A stretch of DNA of 64,000 nt from Bacteroidales bacterium (GCA_045130275.1 JBGUPL010000021.1:34010-98009), one strand, 5' to 3'. Positions 41,596-51,841 are shown, numbered from the stretch's first letter. The notes: generated by a model not told the origin, from the letters alone. Made by a program: numbers and translations.

Positions 41596-42083
41596 GCCTG
41601 ATTCCATGTATTGAAGTTCCGAAGCCAACTTCCATTAAAAACAAGTAATTTTTTCAATTAAGAATGCTGGGGGAAACGGGTTTGGTGTCGGTTAACTTGA
41701 TAAAGTCCGGTCCCCCGTTTTGTACATTGCACATTGTTCATAGTACATTGATCAGTTTCCGGTAGGGGAGGGTGGCCAAACGGAATGGTGCATTTGCTGT
41801 TCGTTTCTGCTTGCGCTTGCGGGTGGCACGGCTGGTCGGTTGTCCTTGCTTTTGCGGGTTGTGCGGGTTGCGATGCGCATTGCTCTGGCGGGCAACCCAT
41901 GCACCATTCCGTTTTGCCGGAAGAGGGAGGTGTTGGATCGCGAGGGCGGTCGTTGTCGTCAAAGCAGGCGGTGGCTCGTCAGGACAGGATGGCCAAACGG
42001 AATCCCGTGCCCGCCAGGGCGTGAGCTGGCGGGTGGCTCATATTTTGATTCATTCAAAAATACACTTTTTCAATGAATTACAA

Positions 42084-42172
42084 TTCTAAATTGCACTAAA
42101 CGGTAAATTTTTGATTTTCTAAACTGCACTAAACGGTAGGTTTTTGAAGGAATGGACTGCACTAAATTGCAC
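42084..42172 (+). repeat. 33-bp-period direct repeat (TGCACTAAACGGTA core)
   Basis: TTCTAAATTGCACTAAACGGTAAATTTTTGA / TTCTAAACTGCACTAAACGGTAGGTTTTTGA plus partial third copy. Confidence 0.75.
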
Positions 42173-42387
42173 AAGCGTTTTCTGGCATTTTGGATTTGAC
42201 AATTGTACTATCAGAGAAAAGCCAACTGCCAAAGTAAAAAAAAGCCCGCCAGCATACGCTAACAGGCTTGTGTGATAAAAGTCTTCTCTATGTCTTATTG
42301 TAAAGGTCGGTCCTCTTTGCGGATAACGGCTAAGGCCTCCTCTTGGTAACAATGCTGTGCTTAAACTTGAATCATGAAAACTGGGAT

Positions 42388-43362
42388 TTATCTCACTTCA
42401 ACGCTATCAATGGAAAGTTGATTGACTTCGTAGGGATGCACCTTCACACATTCAGCCTTTTCTGGATGGAACAGCACTAAATTTTTTCCATTGGCTCTTA
42501 CTGAGCTTTTGAACTTGATGCCATCTGCCCCGCTATCCTTGAAATATTCGCAGATATACTGTGTGGGCACATATTCCAACTCCGTATCAAAACTTCGAAG
42601 GGGTTTTGACAAGTCATTGCTGATGGCCTCAAACAACACACGGCGCTTCACCTTCTGTTTAAATGTGTCTTCGCCATCATCATAAAACACCTTGAAAAGA
42701 TTCACCTTTTCTGTAAAGTCCACAATCTTCACGTTGTCTTCAAGGATAAGGAACTCCCCAATGTCTACCCTGTCGAGATAATAAGGCCTCACTTCATAAA
42801 AAGGCGTCTTGTCATCACAACACAGGTATAGATACCGTATCCCGTTAGGATTAGCCCGTCCTGGTGTGGCAAGTTCTGGCGTTGGAGGGCAACCCATATC
42901 TTCTTTTCTGAAAGCAGGCTCCTCTTTGTGATGAACGCGAGCCCTGAAGAACTTGTCGTCTTTGAACAACATCAAGGAATCTTTGTCAATGTCAAAATCA
43001 TCGAGAACATCAGCAATGGAGTCCATGTGGCAGAAAAAACGAGTATTGTTTTTCACCTCTGTCTTCACGCCCTCCCAGGCCTGCAAATAATTCTGGTATT
43101 CATCCTTGTACTTCACAAGGTCGTCTGGTTGAAAAGGATTGCCCACCATATTTAAAACCTGCGTCAAGGAAGACTCGTCAGCAAATACCTGCCAGTCATT
43201 TATTAATGATTGGGAAAGAGGTTCACCATATGGAGAGATTTCATATAATGACAATAAGGCATATAGAAAGTCCTCAACAGTCTGAACACCATCCTCACTG
43301 CCATCCTGCAAAAGGCTAACTATTTCAGAATCTGCGAAAAAGTCTTTATTCAAATCAATCAT
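42388..43362 (-). CDS. RES domain protein (NAD+-consuming family)
   Basis: FRAR, GRANPNGIRYLY, YEVRP, YVPTQYICEY, GIKFKSS, NLVLF. Confidence 0.88.
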   Translation of the reverse strand: MIDLNKDFFADSEIVSLLQDGSEDGVQTVEDFLYALLSLYEISPYGEPLSQSLINDWQVFADESSLTQVLNMVGNPFQPDDLVKYKDEYQNYLQAWEGVKTEVKNNTRFFCHMDSIADVLDDFDIDKDSLMLFKDDKFFRARVHHKEEPAFRKEDMGCPPTPELATPGRANPNGIRYLYLCCDDKTPFYEVRPYYLDRVDIGEFLILEDNVKIVDFTEKVNLFKVFYDDGEDTFKQKVKRRVLFEAISNDLSKPLRSFDTELEYVPTQYICEYFKDSGADGIKFKSSVRANGKNLVLFHPEKAECVKVHPYEVNQLSIDSVEVR

Positions 43363-44309
43363 CCTCTATCCTCCTTTTCGTGCAAGATTCGACTCATCAG
43401 TTCAAAGTGGTTCTTGATGCTGTATTTCTTGATAGCGCCAAGGCCGGGATAACTTAGTTGTGAAATCTGATTTACAGCAATAGTAGATGGTTTATCAGTA
43501 TAGAAGGGTGGTATCTTCTCATTCGCCTCACGGAATTCCTCACGGATATTGTTTGAACCATTGCGGGAATCAGAAAGGAAATGATGAACATTGATTATCT
43601 TATCTGACTTACGATATGTCATGTGAATCGCCACAACCTGAGGAAGCACGCCTCCTTCACGAAAGTTTCGGGCAAGTGCAGTAAAGTCTGAGAACCCGAA
43701 TAATCCGAATAGAGATTTATAATAACTGAAGGTATCTGAGAAGAATTCATCCAGATTGTCTCTGTATGCATTATTTGGTGTCTTCTCAGGGAAACAATCC
43801 TCAATATTAATGATCTCCTTGCCCGCATCCTTCAGATCTTCAATAATGGGTGGACGCTGAGTTAAATTCATTGCTGCGACATATTTTACAGCACCATTAT
43901 TAACAAGACCCTTAATCTTTGCGTCATCTAAATCAACAATGGTGAAAAATATAAGCATCACGTCTGCAAGTCCATTTTCACTAATCACAGTTTCAACAGC
44001 ATCCACATTGGCATTACCGTTCACCTCAAATGCAGGAGTCCAGTTCACACCTTTTATTTGTTCCAAGAAGGCAGTCATATCAAAAGCTGCTTTCTGGAAA
44101 TCACCCATCTTTGAGTTCAGAACCACTGCGAAAGGCATCTGAACTTTTCCCATTGCCTCAATACAGGACATCAAAGGCCTCATATCTTTCTTTACGGGCT
44201 CAATGATGGGCATAATATGGCGGCCATAATCTTGTCCGTAACCCTCTTCAATATATTCCTTTATAGCTTTTAGCTCATAAAGTTTTCCTCTTAAAAATGG
44301 CAAATACAT
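43359..44309 (-). CDS. sce7725 family (Beta-protein-like)
   Basis: MYLPFLRGKLYELKA, PIIEPV, GFSDF, GG..P..VAIHMTY, YPGLGAIKKYSIKNH. Confidence 0.8.
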   Translation of the reverse strand: MYLPFLRGKLYELKAIKEYIEEGYGQDYGRHIMPIIEPVKKDMRPLMSCIEAMGKVQMPFAVVLNSKMGDFQKAAFDMTAFLEQIKGVNWTPAFEVNGNANVDAVETVISENGLADVMLIFFTIVDLDDAKIKGLVNNGAVKYVAAMNLTQRPPIIEDLKDAGKEIINIEDCFPEKTPNNAYRDNLDEFFSDTFSYYKSLFGLFGFSDFTALARNFREGGVLPQVVAIHMTYRKSDKIINVHHFLSDSRNGSNNIREEFREANEKIPPFYTDKPSTIAVNQISQLSYPGLGAIKKYSIKNHFELMSRILHEKEDRG

Positions 44310-44311
44310 AT

Positions 44312-45187
44312 TCAGACTATTTTATTGTTCAGACTATTCGTTATACAATCCAACTGTTTACCGCTAAGGTGCATGCTCATACATATCTGGTATAACTCAT
44401 GCGGGGTTTGCTCCAGCAAGTCAAAACTGCTCTTTCTCTTCTCAATCGTTTCCAAGAAGGCATCATGGAGTTTCTTTCCGTCCATACCCTTTAGAACAGA
44501 CCGACATTCTTCATAGTGCTTATACTTGCTCTCCGATAGACAAGCACCGGCATAGTTTTCCGCAATAGTTTCATATTCCTCAGCTCTAAGGCAAGTCATC
44601 AACACATCCACATCGATGTTTTCATTAACATTTGCAGGACGTACCTCTTCCATGGTAATTTTACCACGAGGACCATGACAAAACGCTATGATACCCATCT
44701 CTTGGTCATAATTCTTCCAGTTGTCGATCTTGATTTGTTCCACAACCAAGTAGCACTTGTCAAAAACTCGACGGTAGTCATTCAATTGACTCTCCAACCT
44801 GCGAGGCGTATCATAGCTGGTTTTTATTTCGTATGCACGACTTTCCCCATTGAAGAATGCCAAATCAGCTATGGAATTACCCACATGGAATTCATTCACC
44901 ACAAGCGATTGCCTGCGGGCATACTGCTTACGAAGTTCTGCTATTATCTCATTCTTGAAAACATATTCGCAACGATAGTTCAATTTAAGCGATGAGTAAA
45001 AGCGATGGAGGCAGTCCATAAAAGTATCATTCTCCTTACGCATGTTTGCACGACACAGGGATGTCAGTATATCAGAGTCGCCCCAACGCAAAATGTCGGC
45101 ATACACATTCCTTCCAAAGGCCTGCGCATACTGCCGTGATTGTTGTATCTGAGCCACTACTGCCATCTTACTATCTTTTAGACTCAT
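44312..45187 (-). CDS. sce7726 family PD-(D/E)XK-like protein
   Basis: YRCEYVFKN, EFHVGNSIADL..FNG, YEIKTSYD, RLESQL.DY. Confidence 0.82.
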   Translation of the reverse strand: MSLKDSKMAVVAQIQQSRQYAQAFGRNVYADILRWGDSDILTSLCRANMRKENDTFMDCLHRFYSSLKLNYRCEYVFKNEIIAELRKQYARRQSLVVNEFHVGNSIADLAFFNGESRAYEIKTSYDTPRRLESQLNDYRRVFDKCYLVVEQIKIDNWKNYDQEMGIIAFCHGPRGKITMEEVRPANVNENIDVDVLMTCLRAEEYETIAENYAGACLSESKYKHYEECRSVLKGMDGKKLHDAFLETIEKRKSSFDLLEQTPHELYQICMSMHLSGKQLDCITNSLNNKIV

Positions 45188-45483
45188 TGAGGGGCACTTC
45201 CCCCTCAACCCACTGCAAAAATAACGAATCCTTATCAGGTTTATTGCACCTCATTTCGAAATATTATTTTTCTTGAACGAATCATCCGCGGAACTTTCAC
45301 CTGTTTTAGTCGGAAACATTGCAGTTTTTTCCGACCGCAAAAGTACAAAATATTCACTTCAATTGCATTTATGTAACTTGATGTTTTTTGCAGCCTTTCC
45401 CTATCCTGCCTATTGCATATGCTATGTCGTAGCAGCTTTTCAAATCAAACTTAAGCTTCATTCATTGCATCTTTCTATCATAA

Positions 45484-46524
45484 TTATAATACGTAACGAC
45501 CATACTTTTCAACGAGATACCCAACCAACTCGCTATCCTTGGCTTTGGCCCTTTCCTCAATCTGTGATAAACACGTGGAGAACCATCCAGGGGTTGGTTC
45601 CTTTGAAAAGAAATTATAATAATCAAATTCTTTCAGTTCCTGTTCGGTGTTGAAGGTAGGAATTTTAGTCCCTGCAACTAGTTTAAGATAGTCGTCATCA
45701 TGATATGCCCAGAAATAGCCGGAAGCCAAGACTCTTTTTCTATAGCAATCAAGAACTCTTAATAGCAATAAAAAAAAGCAGCGAATGCCTTTATATATCA
45801 CAAAGTTATATGGGCCATCAACTTCACTACGGCTGTAATAATAATCAAATGTGAAGAGTTCTTCAAAATCAGGATTTTTTTCTTTATCCCACCTTACAAT
45901 TGGTGTTAATAATACTCTAACATTTTCAAGGAATGTTTTGAAAAAAGGTATTTCTACATTCTGGCATTCTCTATCCAACGACCACGAGTCGTTATACATA
46001 TCAAAAATGTCGCGCATATTTCTCAGAAACCATTTATGTGCCAACAGTTCTTCTCTAAGGCTATAGCTTTTAGCAACAGCTCTAATCCTGTCTATTATTT
46101 CCTCTATTTCTGTTTTTTGAATAAACTCTATTGTTTTAGAACTCTCTGTGGCATCCAACAGCGATATGGCCTGCCAAAAGAGCGGGTCAGTCATATAAAC
46201 AGTTTCAGTTTTCAAATCCACACACAATGCTATAACTGGTATGCTATAGGATAATTCCGCCCAATACCTAAGGGTTGTTTGTTTTATGCCTCCGATTGTA
46301 GGATGCCCATCTTGTTTTATGTTTAACTCATTACTACTTTTTACTTGAACCTTCACACAATGCCCACACACACGGCCATCCTCAACCAATTCTATCTCAA
46401 AATCAATTCCATAGTCCTGTGAAGTAACATTCCTGAATATGCCTAATTCCCTAAGTTTATACAGAATAATGGCAAATGAATCTGATTCATTTTTATGCTG
46501 TCTTATCTGTTGTGGAAAATTCAT
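45484..46524 (-). CDS. DUF4365 restriction-endonuclease-fold protein
   Basis: DYGIDFEIE, KVQVKSS, TLRYW, PVI. Confidence 0.75.
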   Translation of the reverse strand: MNFPQQIRQHKNESDSFAIILYKLRELGIFRNVTSQDYGIDFEIELVEDGRVCGHCVKVQVKSSNELNIKQDGHPTIGGIKQTTLRYWAELSYSIPVIALCVDLKTETVYMTDPLFWQAISLLDATESSKTIEFIQKTEIEEIIDRIRAVAKSYSLREELLAHKWFLRNMRDIFDMYNDSWSLDRECQNVEIPFFKTFLENVRVLLTPIVRWDKEKNPDFEELFTFDYYYSRSEVDGPYNFVIYKGIRCFFLLLLRVLDCYRKRVLASGYFWAYHDDDYLKLVAGTKIPTFNTEQELKEFDYYNFFSKEPTPGWFSTCLSQIEERAKAKDSELVGYLVEKYGRYVL

Positions 46525-46675
46525 TTCTATTTGTATTGATTATTTCTATTTTCTTTTAACTTTCCGGTGTCATATCCGTGAATTCTAAATTCCTTAGGTT
46601 TATCATTTCTACCATCGAATTTCCACCCAATTCATGCACATTTGCGGTCAAGCCTACAAAAGAGCCTTCCGTTTC

Positions 46676-46831
46676 CTATCCAATGATTTCCCATTCACCT
46701 GAATCGTTCTCACCTATGAGCACATTCAGCCCAGGAGTAAACGTCAGGTCAAGGTTCGGATTTTCCAAGTTAATATCACCCAGAGACCCAAACTTACGGA
46801 AATTACACAATTTTATATTTGACAGATACAT
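46676..46831 (-). pseudogene. Truncated OLD/GajA-type ABC ATPase N-terminus
   Basis: MYLSNIKLCNFRKFG..FTPGLNVLIGENDSG breaks off inside Walker A, then EWEIIG*. Confidence 0.7.
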
Positions 46832-46852
46832 GCCATTCTCTCAAAAGATAAT

Positions 46853-47764
46853 TTACAACAAAGTCAGCGCATACTTAATCAGTTCTGTGATACCATTCCC
46901 GGTGATGCTTGATGCCACTCCAGATAGAAACGTAGGTATTGCAGAGAAAAACCTTTTCAGCACCTTTTTATTAGGGTGCTCTTTTTGCAATTCAGACTTG
47001 ATGTCTTTAGATACTTCATCATAATCAGTATTTGGCTGAGCTGTGGCAATCTTGTCAATCTCAGCCAAGATTTTGAGCAATTCCTGCTTGTTATCTGCAC
47101 CAATTGTGTTATTGTCGCCTGTCACAACGGTAGCTCCTTGCGCGTTAATATCGCCACTATCAGTGTTCATAATCACCGAATTGTTGTTAATTGTAATCAT
47201 TTGCGGGTTAGTTTTAATAAATGTATTGAAATTAATATCTTCTTCACTGCTGACATTCAGCAAAGAATCAATAAAAACCGATTTTAGATCAAATAGAATC
47301 TGAGAGAGTGCTGCTGTTGTAGTATATTGATAAGTATCTTGGATGTCACCGTTTATGAATTCGAAAAAGAAATGATAAGCATAAACAGGAACCTTCACCC
47401 TTATCGTACCATCATTGCTTGCATCCTTGCATAAATTATCTATTTTCGTAATTGACATGTGGCAAGGGAGGCTGGATAAACGATTCCTCACATTTTCATT
47501 TTCAATCATGTCAATTGGAAAATCCACACGGGCAGTACCACGGGATGGAACAAAAACACCCACTTTCAATCCACAATTCAAAATTCGGTATCTGGGAGGC
47601 TTTTCTTCCTCATAGCCATTCAATTCTTTTGAAACCCACGCCAGCAGTTCTATATCACCCTTTTTTGAAGCGAATATTATTGTTTTCAGCAAAATATCCG
47701 AGATAGAACCATTGTTTGTCAGATCCATTAGGATATTTTCTGCAAGTTCCTTAAGATCTACCAC
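46853..47764 (-). CDS. AbiTii-like N-terminal domain protein
   Basis: ISDILLK..ELLAWVSKELNGY..PRYR. Confidence 0.7.
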   Translation of the reverse strand: MVDLKELAENILMDLTNNGSISDILLKTIIFASKKGDIELLAWVSKELNGYEEEKPPRYRILNCGLKVGVFVPSRGTARVDFPIDMIENENVRNRLSSLPCHMSITKIDNLCKDASNDGTIRVKVPVYAYHFFFEFINGDIQDTYQYTTTAALSQILFDLKSVFIDSLLNVSSEEDINFNTFIKTNPQMITINNNSVIMNTDSGDINAQGATVVTGDNNTIGADNKQELLKILAEIDKIATAQPNTDYDEVSKDIKSELQKEHPNKKVLKRFFSAIPTFLSGVASSITGNGITELIKYALTLL

Positions 47765-47781
47765 AATAACACCTTGTCAAT

Positions 47782-48780
47782 TCATGTTCTTGGATCGTTC
47801 ATCACTTCTTTACAAACCTCAATTCGTTTCAAGTGTTGCCCTATTATTTTTTTATCGAGGCTTATCAACAGTATAAGGTAACGAGAAGGAAATCCATTAT
47901 CACAGTAGCGACGCTCCAAGTCCAAACATTCTTGTTGGTTCCTGACAAGTCCTTTCTTGTTTACCTCCATAGCTGAAATAGCCGCCATATAGGCGTCATC
48001 CTCACCATAGAAAGCAATAAACTTTTCCTTGTCATAATTATACTTATTCTTCTTTTCCTCAATATTCAGAACATCCAGATAGCCAGATTCTTCAAGCAGT
48101 TTTGCAATTTCTTCATCATCTTCGGGATGACTCGAAACATAGTCTGTCAGGGCCTTCATGTTTCGTATCTTTCCATCATCGAATTTGGCCACAGAATCAA
48201 ACAACTTTTCAGTAGACCTTACCATATCATCTATAACATCATAGGTGGCAGCGAATTTTAAATCAAAGTCCTTGGCCATTCTGAGGAAATCGCGATGAAC
48301 CTCCACATAGTCCGACTCAAGAAGCTCTTGAGGAGTACACATTTCTACATTTTCCACTATTTTTAATCCTGAGAACTCATATGCTTTTGCTACCAACCGC
48401 GTGCATATCTGTGTATCATACGTAAATCTATTGGTTATCCCATACTCCATTCTTAATGCATCCGTTTTCGCGTATGGATTACCAACTACAAACCGTGCAT
48501 AATATACTGCAGCATCAATTGTATATGGTTTCAGGTATTCAGGTTTTACTCTTAATACACACGTGTCCGCAGTATTATCAAATAATAGTCTGGACAGATT
48601 TCGAGCCTGCACTCTTTTGTCAGCTTCAATATACGACGAGTGTTCTACATAAATCAAGGCATGTGAAAACTCGCTGTTTGTAGCTTCTCTCACCTTGTCA
48701 CTTATCTTATTACCAGGGATTCGTGTTAGAATGATATCACCATACTGAAGCTTGGTCAGGTCATATAAGTACTTCACCAT
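47782..48780 (-). CDS. Permuted papain-like NlpC/P60 (YiiX/YebB-like) protein
   Basis: LQYGDIIL, FSHALIY, CTRLVAKAY, TPQEL (His precedes Cys). Confidence 0.8.
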   Translation of the reverse strand: MVKYLYDLTKLQYGDIILTRIPGNKISDKVREATNSEFSHALIYVEHSSYIEADKRVQARNLSRLLFDNTADTCVLRVKPEYLKPYTIDAAVYYARFVVGNPYAKTDALRMEYGITNRFTYDTQICTRLVAKAYEFSGLKIVENVEMCTPQELLESDYVEVHRDFLRMAKDFDLKFAATYDVIDDMVRSTEKLFDSVAKFDDGKIRNMKALTDYVSSHPEDDEEIAKLLEESGYLDVLNIEEKKNKYNYDKEKFIAFYGEDDAYMAAISAMEVNKKGLVRNQQECLDLERRYCDNGFPSRYLILLISLDKKIIGQHLKRIEVCKEVMNDPRT

Positions 48781-49420
48781 TGGAAATTGTTTATTTGTTG
48801 ATAGAGTTTTTTCTTCACTTCATCAGATTCCACAAAATATTGTACAAACAGACTGATTGCATGTTTGGCTTCAATTACATTATTATCATATAGTTGTAAA
48901 CTTCTTGTGTCATCCTGAAGCACCACATCAATATCCACCATCTTATACAACACCTCTGAATCTTTATTTCCCTTATGAACACAAATGAAATCATATCCAT
49001 ATCCAGCCCAATTCCATTCATATTTGTACTCTGTGCAATATCACGCATTTACAACAGCACATAGTCCATATTAGGAATATCATTCAGCTTGTTTTGGAGA
49101 AGATATGACTCTGGCAGATTATTAGTATTACCATTTCTAACGCTATTAGGAGAAACAAAAACATGCTCGTCTGTAAACAAGTTCCCCATCAGCAAAGCAG
49201 GATAGCCATCAACTCTACACTCCTCCATAAAAGCCAAGTGCATAAGTCCAGCATGTTTTATAAGGTCATAATTCTTCAATGCATATTCGGGGGAACCAAT
49301 GTGGCTGATTTTTACCACAGCAGATAGCCCACTTGACATTACAGGCTTCGTGTATTTATAGACCTCACAATTAGCCCCATGGCCAAATAATTCAAGGTCT
49401 GAAAAATTTAGATATTCCAT
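48774..49420 (-). pseudogene. Kinase-like gene with internal TAA and a frameshift
   Basis: FGHGANCEVY, AVVKI; after TAA (49049-49051) reads MRDIAQ..DMISF, then shifted frame VHKG..YKMVDID..NFQW*, whose stop overlaps the next ATG. Confidence 0.55.
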
Positions 49421-50175
49421 ATTGTAGTCTTTGTCTCTAGGAACTTCTTTTGCAAGTCTGGGCGGCTTGCCACCTGCGGTATTGCTTCCTTATTTTAGCA
49501 AAAGCAAACTTGACACATTAGCGATATGTTTGCCGGAACATTTCTATTCCGGAACATTTCTATTTGTTCTGATTAACATGCTTATTCTCCACCGCCACTA
49601 AAAGCCAACTGGTTGAATTTCTCCACACTGTCAGGATTCAGTTCCCCTGTATTCATATATTATTTTTATTCTTCCACTACGACCACTGGTTACGTTCTAC
49701 TGGAATATAGCGAGAAGGCTTTTGTCGTTCTCTTTCAAGAACCGCATCTCCTCCTCACATCTTTTTATCCCTTTCTCCTCCAGATTCATAACGAAAGAAT
49801 ATTTTCAATATCTGTTGACCTATAAGCACCCTCTGGGCTCCCCCAAGCACAATTCCACTCTCAAGGCATCAAACTATGCCACCACCTAGTTTCCCGTCTT
49901 ACAAGACCATTCCATCCTTGGACGTCCATTAGCATTCTCCCAAAAGCTGTTTCGATGTCATCAGTGATAAAACCAACTATTCCTCCAAGTTTCGAACATG
50001 GAGGCGAATGAGGGATGGCGTTTTACAAACGCTTGAAATCCAAAGCCTTCCGAACCCGGAGGGCTGTTTTTGGATTTTCCCTTGTTTTGCCGACATTTAT
50101 CGCTGCAAAGCTACAGAAAAATTTAATTTCTTTCTGCAAAAAAATCTTAAGATGTTTTTGCATTGGCTTCCACCC

Positions 50176-50226
50176 AATCGAGTATGAGATGAACACTACT
50201 CGGAGGTGGTCACCTCTTTTCGGTTC
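50176..50226 (-). mobile_element. Group II intron 3'-end (domain VI) relic
   Basis: Minus strand CGAAAAGAGGTG..TGTTCATCTCATACTCGATT; homologous to 52823-52870. Confidence 0.5.
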
Positions 50227-50348
50227 GCCCAACATGGAGAAAATTTTGCAATAATTTTCACCATTTCCTCTCTCACCCGATGTTCAATATTAGTCAAATT
50301 TGACAAGTCCCAAAACAAAGTACCAAACAGCTGCCGGATTGCAAGAGA

Positions 50349-51545
50349 CTATTCCTTAGATGACGGTTCTGCGGTTTTTTCTTTGTTTAGCTTCTTCTTG
50401 GCTGACTTCTCCTCTGTGTTTTTTTCTTCAATAACATCCCTCTCCTTTTGAACGGGTTCGGCGGCATTTCCGTCCGGCTGGGTGTTTACCACTCGATAAC
50501 CGCCGGTCTTCTTACTGCCGACATACGTGATACGCTCCTGTTTGCGGAGTTCTGAGAGGCAGCGTTCCACGGTACTCAACGAGTGGGACGTCTTGGCAAC
50601 GATATCGGCTGATTTGCAATTAGGGTGCTTCTGAATACAGCTGAATACTGCTTCTATTGCATCTTTTGGCGGTAAGATCGGCTTCCGTTTCATGTCCCGA
50701 TGTGCAGTTTTCTTGGGAGCCTTTTTTTTGCCCGCTTGTACTCTATAACGCATTATACCTTCAGCAACTATCTCTTCAATTTGTTCCTGGTTTTGGGATT
50801 CCAACTTGAAAGTAATTGCCTCCTCTTGCCAAGGCATTTTTTTCATTATCACCACATTGTCCTTACACGCTCTAATGTGTCGGAACGGCAATAGCGTGGT
50901 GGCTGTTATACGGATGAAATCATCTCCGAGCAGCTGCGCAAGATGCTTCATGGAACCGTACCTTGTGTAATGCTTGTTCTGCACCAAATAAATATATGCA
51001 TAATTACCGTCTTGAAGACAATAAAAGATGTCGTCAATAGGCACAAGAAGAATATTGTGTTCCGAATCTTCAACATCAATTTTCCGAACATCCTGGTAAA
51101 CAACCCGCACCTCTTTTTCCAAAGATTGTTGAAAATGCTTTCGGTCTCGGAGGAGAAAAGGGAAAAAATTCAATGCAATGTTGCGTCCAATAACAAAGAA
51201 AAGAATTCTTGAAAAGAAATTAAAAGAGCCTACCATCTGTATAACTTGTTCATTACATGACACAATGTTATGATACGCAATAGCCATATCCATAATACCT
51301 GTAATGATGGCAATGAGCAACAGAGTCAACCAATAGATGTAATGTGGACGTTTTTGATAAAGCTTTGGATAAAGTAGGAAGTAATTGACATATAGAGACC
51401 CTAACAACAGAAGTCCAGCCAATAATTCTTTAAAATAACTGCCAGCGTATGGGCGCAGAATCGAGTTCTGGGTAAAAAGCCACAATGTGAGGATACAGAA
51501 AATGACATTCAAAAGAATAATGGCGACGGTGCTAAGGTGTTTCAT
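50349..51545 (-). CDS. Membrane-anchored LytTR-domain regulator with C-terminal winged HTH
   Basis: ~4 TMs; DDIFYCLQDGNYAYIY..SMKHLAQLLGDDFIRI; SLSTVERCLSELR..VGSKKTGGY. Confidence 0.7.
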   Translation of the reverse strand: MKHLSTVAIILLNVIFCILTLWLFTQNSILRPYAGSYFKELLAGLLLLGSLYVNYFLLYPKLYQKRPHYIYWLTLLLIAIITGIMDMAIAYHNIVSCNEQVIQMVGSFNFFSRILFFVIGRNIALNFFPFLLRDRKHFQQSLEKEVRVVYQDVRKIDVEDSEHNILLVPIDDIFYCLQDGNYAYIYLVQNKHYTRYGSMKHLAQLLGDDFIRITATTLLPFRHIRACKDNVVIMKKMPWQEEAITFKLESQNQEQIEEIVAEGIMRYRVQAGKKKAPKKTAHRDMKRKPILPPKDAIEAVFSCIQKHPNCKSADIVAKTSHSLSTVERCLSELRKQERITYVGSKKTGGYRVVNTQPDGNAAEPVQKERDVIEEKNTEEKSAKKKLNKEKTAEPSSKE

Positions 51546-51616
51546 TGCGATTCAATTTGATTACGGCGGCAAAAATAAACTTTTTTTAGACAAGTTTCAG
51601 CAGAAACAATAACTAA

Positions 51617-51801
51617 TCGCCTCGAAATTTATTTATCACCTCGAAAAATGAAATTTTAATAGGATTTGTAATACGCTGATCCCCAGTTATATACCCCCCC
51701 CCTGTTAAGGGATAATTTGTGAGAGGCGACATGTTTTTGATTCGAGGCGACATATTCCAGACGGACGGGATAAAATATATTGAAACCAGTTGTATTTTTG
51801 C
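51617..51801. promoter_or_regulatory. Divergent promoter region with GAGGCGA repeats
   Basis: GAGGCGACAT at 51723 and 51744 (21-bp period) before TATTTTTG; opposite-strand pair TC(G/A)CCTCGAAA at 51617 and 51636. Confidence 0.55.
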
Positions 51802-51841
51802 CGTTGAAAAAATAAGAAATTAACATCAAAATCGAAGCGTA

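Noticed and set aside
39266-42172. CRISPR array interpretation of the repeated motifs
   Set aside because: Spacing is irregular or gene-sized, orientations are mixed, and no cas genes are present.
49533-49564. 16-bp tandem duplication CCGGAACATTTCTATT
   Set aside because: Isolated local duplication in decayed DNA with no evident function.
40416-49611. AAGCCAACT recurring four times in island spacers (~40417, 41622, 42219, 49602)
   Set aside because: Only 9 bp, noticed post hoc, with no shared flanks or attC-like structure.
49590-50010. Possible decayed gene on the minus strand behind a -7 promoter at ~50105
   Set aside because: Multiple stops and no recognisable family.
51694-51702. Poly-C tract as a phase-variation switch
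   Set aside because: Nine C, not between recognisable promoter elements or in a CDS; untestable without reads.
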